Positions 1 through 14,149 of a stretch of DNA of 64,000 nucleotides are shown piece by piece. Within the stretch, counting starts at the first letter, position 1. Each line of letters opens with the position of its first letter. The position numbers were made by a program, and so were the translations under genes. Below the pieces are notes generated by a model. The model did not search any database. It was not told where the DNA came from and saw only the letters and a list, made by a program, of their open reading frames with translations. This DNA is from Isurus oxyrinchus (Eukaryota): the NCBI GenBank assembly GCA_026770705.1, contig JANJGN010000012.1, positions 98,084,001 through 98,148,000 of the forward strand, written 5' to 3'.

Positions 1-328
1 CTTCCCCATCTCCCTCAAACAAGAATGAAAATTAGCCCTCTCATATGGAAGTTTGGACAGAAAGGCTCTTGCAACACTTAGTGGAAAAAGAGCCCACAGC
101 ATTTTCATCTCGGAATTCTGTATGACATCATGTATGAAATTGTAAAGTATCGTAATTTTACTGCTTGCTACTTTATGCCTGCAGTGTATAGGCACAAGTT
201 TAAGATTATATGAAAAATGGCATATGATTTCAGTGCAATTAGTGATAGAATTGGATGATGTTTAGAAATTTTGGTTAGATGGAGATGGTGGTTGGAATTC
301 TACAGAGGTGGAAACAGTTCCACCGCTG

Positions 329-825
329 GGGCTGAAATTAGGATTCACACCACTTTGGCAAATGGCAGGACCCAGGGTCAATTTTGCTATTAGGGACTAC
401 GGCCCTCTTCACAAGAGTTACTGTCCCAAACAGAGCAGAAGTGCCACGGTTCATCGATGAAGGCACATCAATGGCCACGTGCCCTTAAATGGCAGATAAC
501 TGGGGCCTGGGTCTGGTTTGCTAAGGACAGGTGGTGCTGTTGCCGTGGGGAGGCAATTGTTGCTGTGGAGCTCCTCTGTAGGCCAAAGTGTGCCCAAAAA
601 AGAGTACCAACTTGTGTCTCTCTATGAGGCAGAGGGCCCCGCCAGCTGTTGGAGGCCTCTTAAGTGGCTCAATTGGATTCCGGCAGGCAAGCCATCTGCC
701 ACTTTTCCTGCCGCTGGCAAAATGGCATGGCAGTAGGAAGGCATCAGGCAAGTTGCCTGCTTCCCTCCCCTGCCATTTTGCCATACTTCCCTGCTTGCAG
801 CCCATCCCAAAATGAAAATCAGCCC
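329..825. mobile_element. Harbinger-type MITE (degenerate)
   Basis: Ends GGGCTGAAATT ... AAAATCAGCCC resemble the TIRs of other elements in the window; non-coding; no clean TSD. Confidence 0.5.
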
Positions 826-1139
826 AATATAACTGATTACAAGCCATATAATGTTATGGGATTTGGAAGGTGTTCCAGGTGATCTGTGAGCTTGATTGTT
901 GGACCAAGAAAGGAAATAGTTTGATGATAGTTTTGCAGTCTTATGAACCCTGGGAAAATGACACACAGAAGGAAATTCAGATAGTATATGAAGCCCAGCT
1001 GGTCAGCCAGTGTAGGATACAGAAAGGTGACACCAAGGATATTAATTATTTTAAAGATTACAGCAAGTCATGAATCCAGCAACCACTAATCTTTAGAGTG
1101 TCTGGTGCATGTTCATTAGGCTAAGTGTGGCACTATACA

Positions 1140-2190
1140 ATATAATAGAATCAAATGTCACAGAAGGAGGCCATTTGGCTCATTGTGTCTGTGCTGGCTC
1201 ACTGAAAGAGCCATCCCATCAGTCCCACTTCCCAGCTCCCTCCCCATAGACTTACAATTTTTTTTCTTTTTCAACTGTTTATCCAATTTCCATTTGAAAG
1301 TTACTATTGAATCTGCTTCCACCATCCTTTCAGGCTGTGTGTTCCCAATCACAAACAACTCATTAAGTAAATAAATTCTCCTTAATTCCCCCTGGCATTT
1401 CTTCGCCAAATATTTTAAATTTCAGTCTTCTGGCTAGGAACCCTGTGGCAAGTAACTCACATCCAGACTCCCCAAGGCCTGTCCACAATCTACAAGGCAC
1501 ATATCAGGAGTGTGATGGAATACTCTCCACTTGCAGCTCCCACAACACTCAAGAAGCTTGACACCATCCAGGACAAAGCAGCCCACTTGATTGGCACCAC
1601 ATCCACAAACATTCACTTCCTCCACCACCGACACACAGTGGCAGCAATGTATACAAGGTGCATTGCAGGAACTCACCAAGACTCCTTAGACAGCACCTTC
1701 CAAGCGCATGACCACTACCTTCTAGAAAGACGAGGGCAGCAGATACATGAGAATACCACCACCTGGAAGTTCCCCTCCAAGCCACTCACCATTAGGACTT
1801 GGAAATTCCTTCACTATCGCTGGGTCAAAATCCTGGAACTCCCTCCCTAGCAGCACTGTGGGTGTACCTACTCTACATGGACTGCAGCAGCTCAAGAAGG
1901 CAGCTATCACCACCTTCTCAAGAGCAATTAGAGATGGACAATAAATGCTGGCCCAGATAGCAAAGCCCACATCCCTTGAATGAATAATAAAAAAAGAACA
2001 GTTTCTCCCTATCTGCTCTAAACAAACCTCTCATAATTTTGAACACCTCTACCAAATCTCTCCTTAGCCTTCTCAACTGTAGGAAAACAATCCTAGATTC
2101 ATTCTACATCACTGAGGTGTCACATCCTTAGGACCATTCTGGTAAATCTCCTCTGGTCCCTCTCCAAGCCCTTAACACCCTTCCCAAACT
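1140..2190 (-). mobile_element. CR1-type LINE 3' fragment, split by a LINE insert at 1434-1995
   Basis: Similar to the CR1 3' ends at 22810 and 54425; the sequence resumes at ACAGTTTCTCCCTATC after the insert. Confidence 0.7.
1434..1995 (+). mobile_element. 5'-truncated LINE (CR1/L2 group) RT C-terminus and 3' tail
   Basis: ORF 1512-1850 MEYSPLAAPTTLKKLDTIQDKAAHLIG; tail GCAATTAGAGATGGACAATAAATGCTGGCCC ending A-rich; related fragments at about 24695-24860 (-), 53800-53970 and 58605-58925. Confidence 0.75.
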
Positions 2191-4334
2191 CTTGGTTTGA
2201 GGCTTTTTTGCAGAAATGTCTAACATTAAGGAAGTCCAGTGGACAGCATGTAGCTTGATTCCAAGGGAGTGCTTTATGAGGGTCAGCACAGACTACTATT
2301 GGAGAAAGTGAATTAGGTAATAATAGAAACGACTGGGAATTGGTTGCAATGGCTTAAACAGAAAATGTTCCTCATCAGGTTGGATGGATTTAGTCTTAGG
2401 TTCAGTGGGAGCATTCTTGCTTCTGTCCCAGAAATGCAGGATTCGAACTTCCCTGTTGATGAGTGGAGGCCAGAATACCAACTCGGAACTCTGGGACGAC
2501 ATCCAGTGGGATTTTCACATCCAGTGGGCGTGGTGGCCCCTCTCCACCATTGTATGCATCGCGGAAGCTCATAGAACCCTTCTCCACGTAGGACTAAAAC
2601 CATCACACTTTCCATCAGTTTATATAAACATTGTTAAGGCAATGCAAAGAGTGTTGGTGTCGTAGCCTTTCAGCCCTTTAATCAGCCTGTAAATCCTTCT
2701 ATTGTCCCTCAAAGAAAGTGAAGATATGAAAATGAAGGGCAAAGCTAAAGTTGGGGTCACAAAAATAAGATTAATAGATCCCATAGGGAATTCAGGAGAA
2801 ACATCTTTTCCCAGAGATTAGTTAGAATATGGAATGTGCTACAGTATGGACCAGAATCTTACGCTGTTTGTGCAGGTGGGTGCCTGACCCAGAATTGCAT
2901 GAAATCATCCAACAAGACATTGGGTGCGCATCCCAACGTCACCGCACCCGTGACTTTTTTAAATGGACACAAAAGCAAGGAACTACAGGCCTGCTACAAA
3001 AGAGACTGAATACCTGCAGATTGTAACTATATTGTTTTTTCCTTAATCCGTAACTAATCTTTGTGTGTGTGATAGTATGTGCAAGACATCACATTTAAAC
3101 CTTTGGGGCAAGTGTATGTTAATAACTAATCTTCTTTATTTTTAAATCACAAAGGCTTGCTGTAAGAAAACATACTAACCTCACACGTTAAGAAACTTTA
3201 AACATGGAAAACAATAAAGCAGACAAATTGTCTCCGTGAAACTACTGAAAATTTGCTATATCAGTTGATATGGAAAAGTTTGATGATTCATACAAATAGC
3301 CCCGGCGAATGGGTGATAGAAAAGGGGTTATGTGAAAAATTAGGATTTGTTTTAGCTGTTGGTGGTGGTGTGAAGCACGTGCCAAAAGATGAACCATTTT
3401 ATGGAGTAGACATAAGCTAAATAGCAACTGAGCTGTGACAATCCAGAGGAGTTTGGGTCATGTGAGTAACATTAATCATGTGAGTAACATTAAAGGAGGA
3501 CTCTAGTCAAGGAGGAGAGATCAGATGTTACAGCAAAGTCCGTATTTAAATGTCAGTTTAATTGTGGATTATGCAAAGATCCCAAAACGTTATGCCTACC
3601 ATCGTAAAAGGTTAAAGAAAAGTAGAGAAATTGCTGTTGCTGAATATTCTCGACTGCCTAACGTTACAAGGACATCAATGGTGCAAATCATTAACCAGGC
3701 ACTACTACTAACAAGGTTGTGCAAATAATGCCATTGGAATCAGTGTTTCAAATCATTATGGAGTTGGCCATCCTTGCTAACTTATGGATAGTGAACTGTC
3801 CTTTATCATGCCTTCAGACGTCTGGGACTGACTGCTAATACCTCTGTAGTATCTATTTTACAAAATGCAATCCATATGTTAAATGCAATGTAGTTTGTTG
3901 CAATAAAATAAAATCACACAATATAGATTATAAGTCAAGCATTCTTTCAGGCCACATTTGAAGGGTACTATTAAGAATGTGAACGTAAAGAATAAAAATA
4001 AAATTGTTAAATGTAATTACAAAAATGAGACTACATTCAATGAATGTAAACACCAACAATTTACTTTAACTTAGCAAAATGTCCCAAGAGAAACAGGCTG
4101 TATCCAGAGCCCTAAGAAGCACAATATGTAACTAGCGTTGAGAGCAATCTACAAAAAAATGCCCAGACTTAAATACAAATTATTTACTGCTGCTTTACTA
4201 ATGTTTTGTTCTTTTTTAAGTTTAGATTCCTAAGCCAACTCTACAGAGAAGTGGAAACCAATACAAATTTGGAAAGATTAACAGGACAGATTAAAATTAT
4301 ATTTGAATGTCTCTTCAAAAACACTGTATATTAT

Positions 4335-5036
4335 GGCCTGAATTTTACCCTTGGTGGGTGCACGCAATCGGCAGGCCTGGGAGTGGCCAGGAAATGGACC
4401 ACTGACTGCGATCGGCCCTCAAACGTGATTTCACGCTGTCTGGCCAATTAACGACCAGCCAACGTGAAACGCGCACTGAAAAGCTCAGCGCTGCCAGGAC
4501 AGGGGCAGGGAAAGGGCGGGTGATGACGTCACCGCAGGCATGGGTGAGTGCTGCAAGAGTTCACAGATCTTGCCACAGCTGCCTCAGGGAGCTGCAGACT
4601 TGCAAATAATTAAATAAAGGTATAAAAAGCTGAAAAAAATTGTCCATGCATCACAATCAAACACCTGAAAGCATACCTCATAAAAATGCTGTCCCCAAAT
4701 ATAAATTTTATTTTATTTATGAATGGAGATTTCATCCCGCCTTTGGATGAGGTATGATGAAAAAAGCAAAGGCCGCCTAGCCGAATCACCTGTCCACCAA
4801 CCGTAAAGTTGGACAGGCCACAGAAAATTGCAATTCCACGGGAATTGCTCCGTTAATGGGCTTAATTGCCCTCTTAATTGTTGGCGGGCGCGCTTCCAAT
4901 TTTAATGCACGCCTGCCAAGTGAAATATCGCGCAAGTACGCGATGATATGGGGATACACGCCCGACGTAATCTCGTGCGATTTCTCGCCCTATTGGGTAG
5001 GGGGTGCGCTCGGCCTCGAGGCGTAAAATTCTGCCC
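4335..5036. mobile_element. Harbinger-type MITE family 1
   Basis: 14-bp TIR GGCCTGAATTTTAC / GTAAAATTCTGCCC; flanks TAT/AAT; homologous to 22172, 33140 and 39959. Confidence 0.8.
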
Positions 5037-5187
5037 AATGAGTCTGATGATGCTATATCATCAACACCGATGACCTCACATAGACATCAGAATGATTTTT
5101 GTTAATATGTGTGATTAGAGGCAGTTTCAAATTGAATCCTTGCACTCACAAATTAGGGATATATTAAATGAGATTTAGATTTGAAAC

Positions 5188-5330
5188 AGTAAAATACTGC
5201 GGATGCTGGAAATCTGAAATGAAAACAGAAAATGCTGGAAATACTCAGCAGGTCAAGCAGCATCTGTGGCGAGAAAGACAAAGTTAATGTTTCAGATGTC
5301 ACAGACCTGAAAAGTTAACTTACGTTTGAA
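5188..5330 (-). mobile_element. Penelope-like pseudo-LTR fragment
   Basis: AATACTGCGGATGCTGGAAATCTGAAAT...CTCAGCAGG matches the end of the RT-bearing PLE at 55555. Confidence 0.7.
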
Positions 5331-8300
5331 ACATGTTGTTATTATTTAGGAAAACCTGAAAGCTCCAGTGTATCTTCAGTATTTATAGATTGCAAGGTTG
5401 CATATGCATTTCCGTAGCATTCAGCTGTTGCTGCCAGTGGTGGTGCTGTAGCATAAGAGACTGAATGTGAGGAGTTCTCTCGTTTCTGTGTTTACTTCAT
5501 TCCAATGTCATAGAAACATTACTGAAAACCAATTCACCTAAAATTGCAACATTTACTGTATCAGTGACTTGAATAAGAAGTTCACTAAATACTATTTGCT
5601 GGGTACTTATTTTTGCCAGATTCAAATCTGAAACAAGTCAAAGACCTTGATTTCTAGTAACAAAAGTCACACCAAATTAAGACAGTCATAGAGGAACATT
5701 GTTCAATCTATCTTGCTTGTGCTGGTTCTAGCTCCTCAATTGGAGCCAACTATTTTTCCAGCCTTTCTCCATTGCTTTTTATGTTCTTTTTCAAATACTT
5801 ATCTTATCTCTTATATATGTTATAATCTGTGCTCATTAGCCACATTTTAATAATGAGTGGAAAAGAATTGCTAACCTCTCCCTCCTAAAATGTTGTGATC
5901 GTTGCTTCAAAGAATATTTACAGAATTAAATTCCTTGGTAATTCTTTGTTGATTATTGTTGGAATAAATTTAAAAGAATTGCATTGTAATAATAAAACTT
6001 CAATGTGGATTAACATACATCAACTGATTAGGGTGCTTTGGCTTCTACTGTCTCTCCCAGACAGTGTCAATTCTTGGAAACTTCATTTGTTAGCATGTGA
6101 ACATTTAGAATACTCAGTTAAACATCTTTTGTTGAACCTTGATGATCCTCATCTCCTCATTAAATTATGAGAAATCTGTTACTTAACTCATTGATATCCT
6201 TTTACAGTTTTTCCTAGGATTCCTGTGCTCCTGGCAAACTGCAGTGTTTAATAATGTATTTGTTCTATGATCGTTTGTTCACTACTGTTATACTATTTAT
6301 AACAAAAAAACTGAAGCTGTTGGAGCTATGCATCATTAGAATATCATCTGAATCTCCTCAATGTGTATACTACCTTGTAATCACTGCTCAGTGTTCACAA
6401 ATTGCAATATTGCAAAAGACAGAACATATCTTAAAATCGTTGTTTACATTTCTTCTTGGATATGTGTATATAAGGTAAAACAAGGCAGAGCCAAAGATGA
6501 CTGTACCAAAGTTATTGATTTAACCTTAGAAAAAAAAATGTGTACAGATTTGAATTTTATCTATAACACCAGGAAGCCTCAGGACAACTGTAAGACTGCA
6601 TAGTTTATTTTAGGATGGGCTCCGGGACTATTTACTATTTGAACACAGGGTAACAATTAAATAGTGTTTTTCTTGAGTCTGATTAGGTTCTTGCAGCTTA
6701 ACCTGTGAGGTACAATATATGTATGATGCAGAAATGTGCTGATGTAGTAGCAGTTTCATTTTATGGAATCATAGTCTAACTTTTTCTTGATAAGCCACAC
6801 CCATTTACTATCTAGTTCATTTAATCATGCCCAGGAATATTTGTTCTGTTTTATCAAATAATGTTGGTGAAATCATTGTCGGTGTTAATAGCTAGCAAAG
6901 TAGATGTAAACTGTTGTGTGGAAAATTTTGAGACCACATCACTCAACAGTGTGGCTGTTTTTAACCAGGAGCCTGATTTTACTTTATTCTCCCTAACCCC
7001 TCATCTTAGTACAATAATCCACTTGACTTTCAATATAGCAGAACCAGTATGATGTTTCAGGCACAGCTCATTTTCATGCCCTAGCCTTCACATTGGTGGG
7101 AAACCACCTTTGAAAATGGACGGTTGCCACAAGGAGAGAGCCTCAGTTCTTCTGATCAACTGAAAATCTTGTAGCAAGACACACTCTTTGTCAAAAACAG
7201 CAGCTAGGTGGTCTACAGCCCTTGGGTTATCTTGCTGTCTTAAATGAATGTCAAACTTACCCTGCTGCAGTCCTGAAACTGCAGTTGCTTGCAGCCTATT
7301 TACAGATTCTGTAATCTAATGGGGCTAGCCACAAGTTCCAACGTTCACTTCCTTAGTGAATTTTTTTTATTGGATGTCCATCAGGCAGACTCAGAAAAAT
7401 GATGCAATAATGGTTGATATTGCCATCCAATTTAAGGTCCTCATCTAAAACCGCTAAGAACTTCCTGCCAGCACTGGGAGATGCTCCAATAATTACTCCA
7501 TAGGTGCATATTTGAAAGGAATCTCGTTTCAGAACCAGGTATTCACGGTAGTATTTGGTAGTTATACTGGTTAGGATACTGGATAGCAACACAGATGTTG
7601 GGAGTTCAAATGCCAACAAAACTGGCAAGCTACTTAGTTGTAAAATTGAGATAATTAAGGTTGGACAATAAATGTAATCTGAACTGTCAGGGTTACCCAC
7701 ATCTCAAAAACATTTTTTTTAAAAATGGCCCCCAGAACTCTTTCTCAAGTCCTGAATCCTTCCCTACCGTGTTTTTTATGGTCTATATAGTGGAAGAAAC
7801 AAATTGAATGGATCATACTGGTTTCACCAAACAATTTCCTCATGACTACTACAAAAGTTAGCTTCTGAATTACTTCAATGATGTGAGATTTTGTGCACAA
7901 AGTTATCTGCGACAGCTTATCCTGAGCAAACAATGGAGCTACTTATTGACTTTGGATTATATACAAGTTTTTGACTACCCATCCATGTCACTTCAATAAA
8001 CAGGATCAATATCTGCTATGCTAGTTTATTTTGCAGCAGAATAAACTAGAAAAATAGATTCATCCATAGGTAGAGTTATATATCATAGCAGTAACTAACA
8101 TTTAGTTCTAATAACAGTAGCTTTGAAATTGTTCACAAAAGGGTTAAGTAGACAAATCTGTCAGTTGAATTTCTTCTGACTGTTTATCTTTGCAGATCTT
8201 TCAAACAGAGGATAGCTGAATATCTCCCAGAAGAGGAATAGCAATTTATCCCTGACAGACTACCTTGGAATTACATACAGTAATTTTGTTTGGCCTGTGA

Positions 8301-8424
8301 AGAACTACCTACCTCCGCAATTTTAAAAACAGGTTAACAGCACATTGAAATTTGCAGGCAGAAATTTAAGATAAATTCATTAGTGACTGTGTTAAAACAG
8401 TGCATCGGTGAAATGAAACATCTT

Positions 8425-9225
8425 GAGGAGACTTCTAGGTTTCTCCCCAGATGGATTAAAACAGACCGTGACTTTCTCACCTTCCTATACCTCCTTGGAG
8501 AACGATAATGGCTAATCTTCGACCTCAACTCCACTTTCTTGCCTGGACCCTATATCCCTTTAGTTGCTTAGAGTCCCAAAGATCTATCAATCTCCACCTT
8601 GAATATACCCAACATCAGAGCATCTGCAGTCCTCTGGGTATAGAATTCCAAAGATTTACAACTCTCTGAGTGAAGTTCCTCCTCATCTCAGTCTTAACTT
8701 ATCAACCTCCTCTTCTGAGACAATTTTTCCTACTGCTAGACTCTCCAGTCAGGGAAAGCAACCTCCCAGCATTTACCCTGTCAAGCTCTCTCAGAATCGC
8801 TTATGTTTCAATGAGATCATCTCTCCTAAGATGACAACACTCTCATCCCAGGAATCGATTTTGTGGACTTCATTACACCCCTACTAAGGCAAATATATCC
8901 CTGCTAAGATATGGAGGCCTAAACTGTCCATTGTATTCCAGGTGTGGTCTCAACAGAGCCCTGTACAACTGCAGCAAGACTTCCTTACTCTTGTTTATCC
9001 AATCTCCTTTACAATAAATGCCTTCATACTTTGCCTTCCTAATTGCTTGCTGGAGTTGCATCTAACTTTTTGTGTTTCTTGTACAGGACGATAGTTGATA
9101 ATTTCTCACCATTTAAAAAAAAATTGCTTTTCTATTCTTTCTGCCCTCACATTCCCCCACATTATACTCTATCTGTGCCATTCTTGCCCACTCACTTAAA
9201 CTATATATATCCCTTTGCAGACACT
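8425..9225 (-). mobile_element. CR1 LINE 3' part
   Basis: ORF 8873-9061 KEVLLQLYRALLRPHLEY, a hallmark of the CR1 ORF2 C-terminus. Confidence 0.85.
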
Positions 9226-11811
9226 TTGGCTAAATATAAACTTTCACACCAACTTGCAGTGGGTTGATAGCATGTCAGGAGCCCAAGGTTTCAGCAGTGA
9301 GTTTTTCAGTGACTATTTAACGCAGCTTAGCATTTGCATCTGATTTTCCTGTTTCCCAACCAATCAGATTGAATACGTGTGATGACAGTCTCTTTCCACT
9401 CCAATATTTAAAGAGACCCTGCAAGGATCAGATTTTAAGGATGGAAAAGATATATTGACAGAGTCAATCCATGCAGGAGGCTTCAACATGTTAAGGCTGC
9501 ACCATCACACTTCAGCAATAAGCCTTTCAAGTTGATACTACAGGCTATGCCTGCATGGATTTCTGTTGTCTGCAGATGGGAGGAAGAATACTGCCACCTA
9601 AAACAAGCAGGTGTGGCTGGAAGTGGCAGAGGAGGTCAGCAGCAGGATTGTGATCTTATTCTGATACAGCTCCACAATAGGTTTTTTGACCTGATCAGGC
9701 AAGAACGGTGAGTGGCATGGCACATTCAAGTACAAACCCCTTCACTCTGTCTTCTCCAGCCTTCTCCTGCACATCACTCCCCAGGCTAACAAACCTTCCA
9801 GGTGCACCCATCCCTCTCTATTGAGGCACCTCCTCACATCCCCATCTGATCATAGGAGCGTAGGAAGTAGGAGCAGGAGTAGGCCATTCGGTCCATCGAG
9901 CCTGCTCTGCCATTCAACAGATCATTTACTTTATACACCATTTTCCTCACTATACCCATATCCCTTATGTCATTAGTATCTAAAATCTATCAATTTCAAT
10001 GTTGAAGGTGCTCAATGACTAAGCTTCCACAGCCCTCTGGGATAGAGAATTCCAAAGGTTCACTACTCACTGAATGAAGAAATTCCTCCTCATCTCAGTC
10101 CTAAATGGCCTGCCCCTTATTCTGAGACTATGTCCCTGGTGCTAGACTCACCAGCCAGAGTAAACATCCTATCTACATCTACCTGATCACGCGCTGTAAG
10201 AATTTTGTATGTTTCAATGAGATCATCTTTCATTTTACGAAACTCTGAGAATACAGGCCCAATTTCTGTTCATAAAACAATTCCGCCATCTCAGGGATTA
10301 GCCTGGTGAACTTCCATTGCACTGCCTCTATGGCAAAAACATCCTTCCTTAGATAAGGAGCCAAAAACTGTACATAATACACCAGGTGCAGTCTCACCAA
10401 AGCTTAATACAATTGCAGCAATTTACTCAAATCTCCTTGTGATGAAGGCCAATATACCATTGGCCTTCCTCATTGCCGGCTACACCTACATGTTAGCTTT
10501 CAGTGACTCCTGGACAAGGACACCCAGATCCCTTTGGACATTAACACTTCCCAACCTCTCACCATTTAAATACTCTGCCTTTCTGTTTCTTTTTCTACCA
10601 ATGTGGATGACTTCACATTTATTCACATGATATTCCATCTGCCATGTTCTTGCCCATTCACTTAGCCTGCAAATCCCCTTGAAGCCTCCTTGCATCTTCC
10701 TCAAGGCTCACATTCCCACCTAGTTTTATGTCATCAGCAAATTTGGAAATATTACATTTGGTCCCCACATCCAAATAATTTATATAGATTACAAACAGCT
10801 GTGACCCAAACACTGATCCTTATGGTCCTTACTGGTAACAGCTTGTCATCTTAAGAATAACCTGTTTATTCCTACTCTCAGTTTTCTTTGTTAAGCAATT
10901 CTCAATCCATAGGAGTATATTACCCCCAATCCCATGTGCTCTAATTTTATTTACTAACCTCCTGTGTGGGACCTTATCGAAAGTCTTCTGAAAATCCAAA
11001 TACACCGCATCCACTGGTTCTCCTTTATCAATGCTACTAGTAACATCCTCAAAAAACTCTAATAGGTTTGTCAAAAATTATTTCTCTTTCTTAAATCCAT
11101 GTTGACTCTGCTCAATTATACCATTATTTTCCAAGTGTCCAGTTATCACGTCCTTTACAATAGATTGTAAGATTTTCTCTATTACTGACATCAAACTAAT
11201 AGGTCTATATTTCTCAGTTTTCTCTCTCCCTCTCTTCTTAAATAGTAGGGTTACATTTGCTAGTTTTCAGTCTGCAGGAATCTTTCCAGAATCTATAGAC
11301 TTTAAGAAGAAAGCCACCAATGCAGCCACTATCTCTATAGCCACCTCCTTCAACACCCTGGGATGCAGCTCATCTGGCCCAGAGGATTTATCAACCATTA
11401 ATCCAATTAATATTTTGAGTACTACCTCTTTATTGATAGTAATTTATTTCAGTTCCTCATTTTCACTAGTCCCTTGGCTCCCTAGTATTTCTGGAAGATT
11501 TTCTGTATCTTCCTCCTTGAAGACAGAAGACAGAATCATCCCAGATTTGCACAAAGTGCAGTAGTGGGCTAGAAAAAGGACATTTTACCAACCCGCCGCA
11601 ATGGTGGGTTTTCACACCATATCGTTCTATTCCTGGCGCATACTGCCTCATTAGTAATGCATTCCTGGGAACCATGCTGGACTGCTGGTGGGGCAGCCTC
11701 TGATTCACCCATCCCCCTGTCACCTCACCATCAGTAATCTGGGCGCATATTTAAAGGGTGCCCCTGCACACGGCTAGCACTCTCTAAGGGATCATAAGCT
11801 GCTGCAAAGTC

Positions 11812-13306
11812 ATGGCTACCAAAGGCAGGAAACATGCTGCCCCAAATTTAGTGACGCCTCCCTCAGGCACTTACTGGAAGCAGTGGAGGTCCACTGTGAA
11901 GTCTTTTACCCCTGCTCTTGGCGAAGACCAGCAAGCAAGGTTACCAACCCAGCATGGGAGCTGGTGGCAGCGTGGTCAGCACCAATGCCCTGCAAAAGAG
12001 GAGAGCCACCCAGTGCAGGAAGAGGATAAATTATCTCCATCACTCTCCTTATCACACTCAACTCACAAGCTCATAAACCCATCACATAACCACAGGGATC
12101 TCACTCACTGCCAGGTAAAGGGACGTCACCATTCACTCTTTCACACACACCTTCACCTGCCCTATGATTGTGTCCTCATCCCATCCATGGCACCAATCAT
12201 CACCCATACATGCCAGGCATCCTTATCATTTGGCCTGGCAGATGTCCTGCTTGCAATCTCACCATCTGTAATCATGCAAGACAAGCTGGCACACAACAAA
12301 AGGGAGAGGTCACAGACTGGTGGAGGAATGCCTGACATCAAGGTTCTCAGGGAAGCAGCCGAGGGTGTCCACGTGCAAGTCCTTGACTCAAGCCCCAAAG
12401 ACGCCTCAGAAGAATCTGATGACACCCTTATTGAAGACCCATCATAGTGCTTACCCACACTCCCCACCAGTGCAGAAACACCCATCTTGGTGGGACCTAG
12501 TCCTAGAGTAGCCTTGGGGTCATAATCTGGTGAGCACATCTCACTTGATCCAAAGCAGGCAGCCTCAAGGACTTTGCAGGTTTCCAGCACTCTGAGGATT
12601 GCTGGAGGCTAGAAATCTGCTGAGTCTGAGTCAGAAGATGAGCAGAAGGACTCAGTCATACCTCAGTTGCTGGAACTGCAAAGGCAAGCTCGGAAACATC
12701 AGGAAGGGACGTCTTCTGCACTCCTCAAATTGGAAGGCATGATGGCGATGGAGGAGTCCACCTGCCTTTAGTCTGAGGTGACAGCACCAGCATTGTAATG
12801 CACCGAGGTCAACACTGGTAGGATGGCGGTTGCCATGGAGCCCTTGGTCCAGGACAATGGTCCTGCAATGCTGTATGGGCTAAAGTCCATCACTGACACC
12901 ATAGTTGACCTCCAACGTGAGAGTGGTGCAGGGCAGCTCGATCTCCAGTTACCTCTTTTCCTCAAGGAGTCAGCCAGGAGCCCCTGGGCTCCCATAGGGA
13001 GAAGGATCAGCAGGTGCACACCCCAGGGCCAATACACAGGTGACTCCAGGAGTGCCCAGCCCATCAAAACCCACTCTTCCTGTGACCTCAGCAGCTCCAG
13101 CTCCACAGTCCATGGATGGTGCCACTGCCACAAAGTGGGATCTCAAAAGCAGGCCAGGGCCCTCCAGGCCTTGGCCCTTCAGAGGACGCCCACCAAGGTC
13201 ATCACAGACAGGGCGTAGCAATCAGCAGGCTGCCTCCGCCTCCACTGTGGATGTCGGGGGAGCACCAATATGTAGCAGCAGTCTTAAGAAGGTTAAGAAG
13301 ATGTAA
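11812..13306 (+). pseudogene. Harbinger Myb/SANT-like DNA-binding protein (NAIF1-like), frameshifted
   Basis: Across frames MATKGRKHAAPKFSDASLRHLLEAVE...AWE...QCRKRIN; ends KKVKKM-TAA. Confidence 0.8.
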
Positions 13307-13310
13307 GCAA

Positions 13311-13383
13311 TGTTGCGGCCCGGTTTTGAACCAGGAACCTTACGCGTGTTAGGCAAACGTGATAACCACTACACCACAGAAAC
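13311..13383 (-). tRNA. tRNA-Val(AAC)-derived pseudogene
   Basis: GTTTCTGTGGTGTAGTGGTTATCACGTTTGCCTAACACGCGTAAGGTTCCTGGTTCAAAACCGGGCCGCAACA, 73 nt; close to vertebrate tRNA-Val-AAC; acceptor stem mismatched; no CCA. Confidence 0.85.
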
Positions 13384-14149
13384 AGTGCCAAAGATAGTTT
13401 CAAAATCATAATTTTAATAAAAAGTTGCACAGCCAGGGCATGGGTGGGTTAATCACTTGTACTTAATGTTTACTACTGTCAATAAACTCCCAAGAATGTC
13501 ACCTTGCCTATGGCTCCTTGTTCTGATGAGCAGTGTTCATGTCACTCAGATATGAAACCTTGGTTCCTGCACAAGATAAAGGCAGATGTCTCGGACTAGG
13601 GCCTCTTCTTTGTGTAGTGTGTAACCTTCAGACCAAAGTGATGGTCTGGCTTCACATCATTGGACACATTACTGATGCCTGCACCTGGATGTTGCTCATC
13701 ACTGCTGCCAGAATGTCATGGGCAGATATCACATAGTTCCGTCATTCTCTCTGTGGGCTCTCAGCACCTTTGAGGTGAGACTGGTCCCTCATCTCTTCTG
13801 CACCTGTGACTGGTGACACTGTGCTCCTGAAGGGGTCAGGTGATGAAGGCTGCCAAAGGCCCAGATGTGTTTAAAGTTTCACGGTTGCATCTCCATGATA
13901 TGACCCTGATCACAGAGCACAAGTGAGCTGCCCTCAGCCAGAAAAGAGTCAGGCATTCACAGAGGCAATGTGAAGATCTATGGAGTGTCCTCACTGCATA
14001 TCATCATCATCCTCCTGGAATCGAGTGACTATTATGACCTCCACTATGTCTCCATGACATGAGGTTGAGCACTGAGGGTATGTGCACTGCCATCAACACA
14101 CAGGAGTCAAACATTCACAGCTGCAAGGTGAGGACATCAGGACTGTCCT

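Noticed and set aside
3458-3493. 18-bp tandem duplication TCATGTGAGTAACATTAA x2
   Set aside because: Real, but an ordinary slippage or repair duplication.
6218-6478. AG/GT-bounded open frame as an exon
   Set aside because: The translation is AT-biased with no recognisable domain, and the donor is weak.
7255-7700. 115-aa minus ORF and nearby GTAAGT donor
   Set aside because: No family motif and no consistent exon chain could be built.
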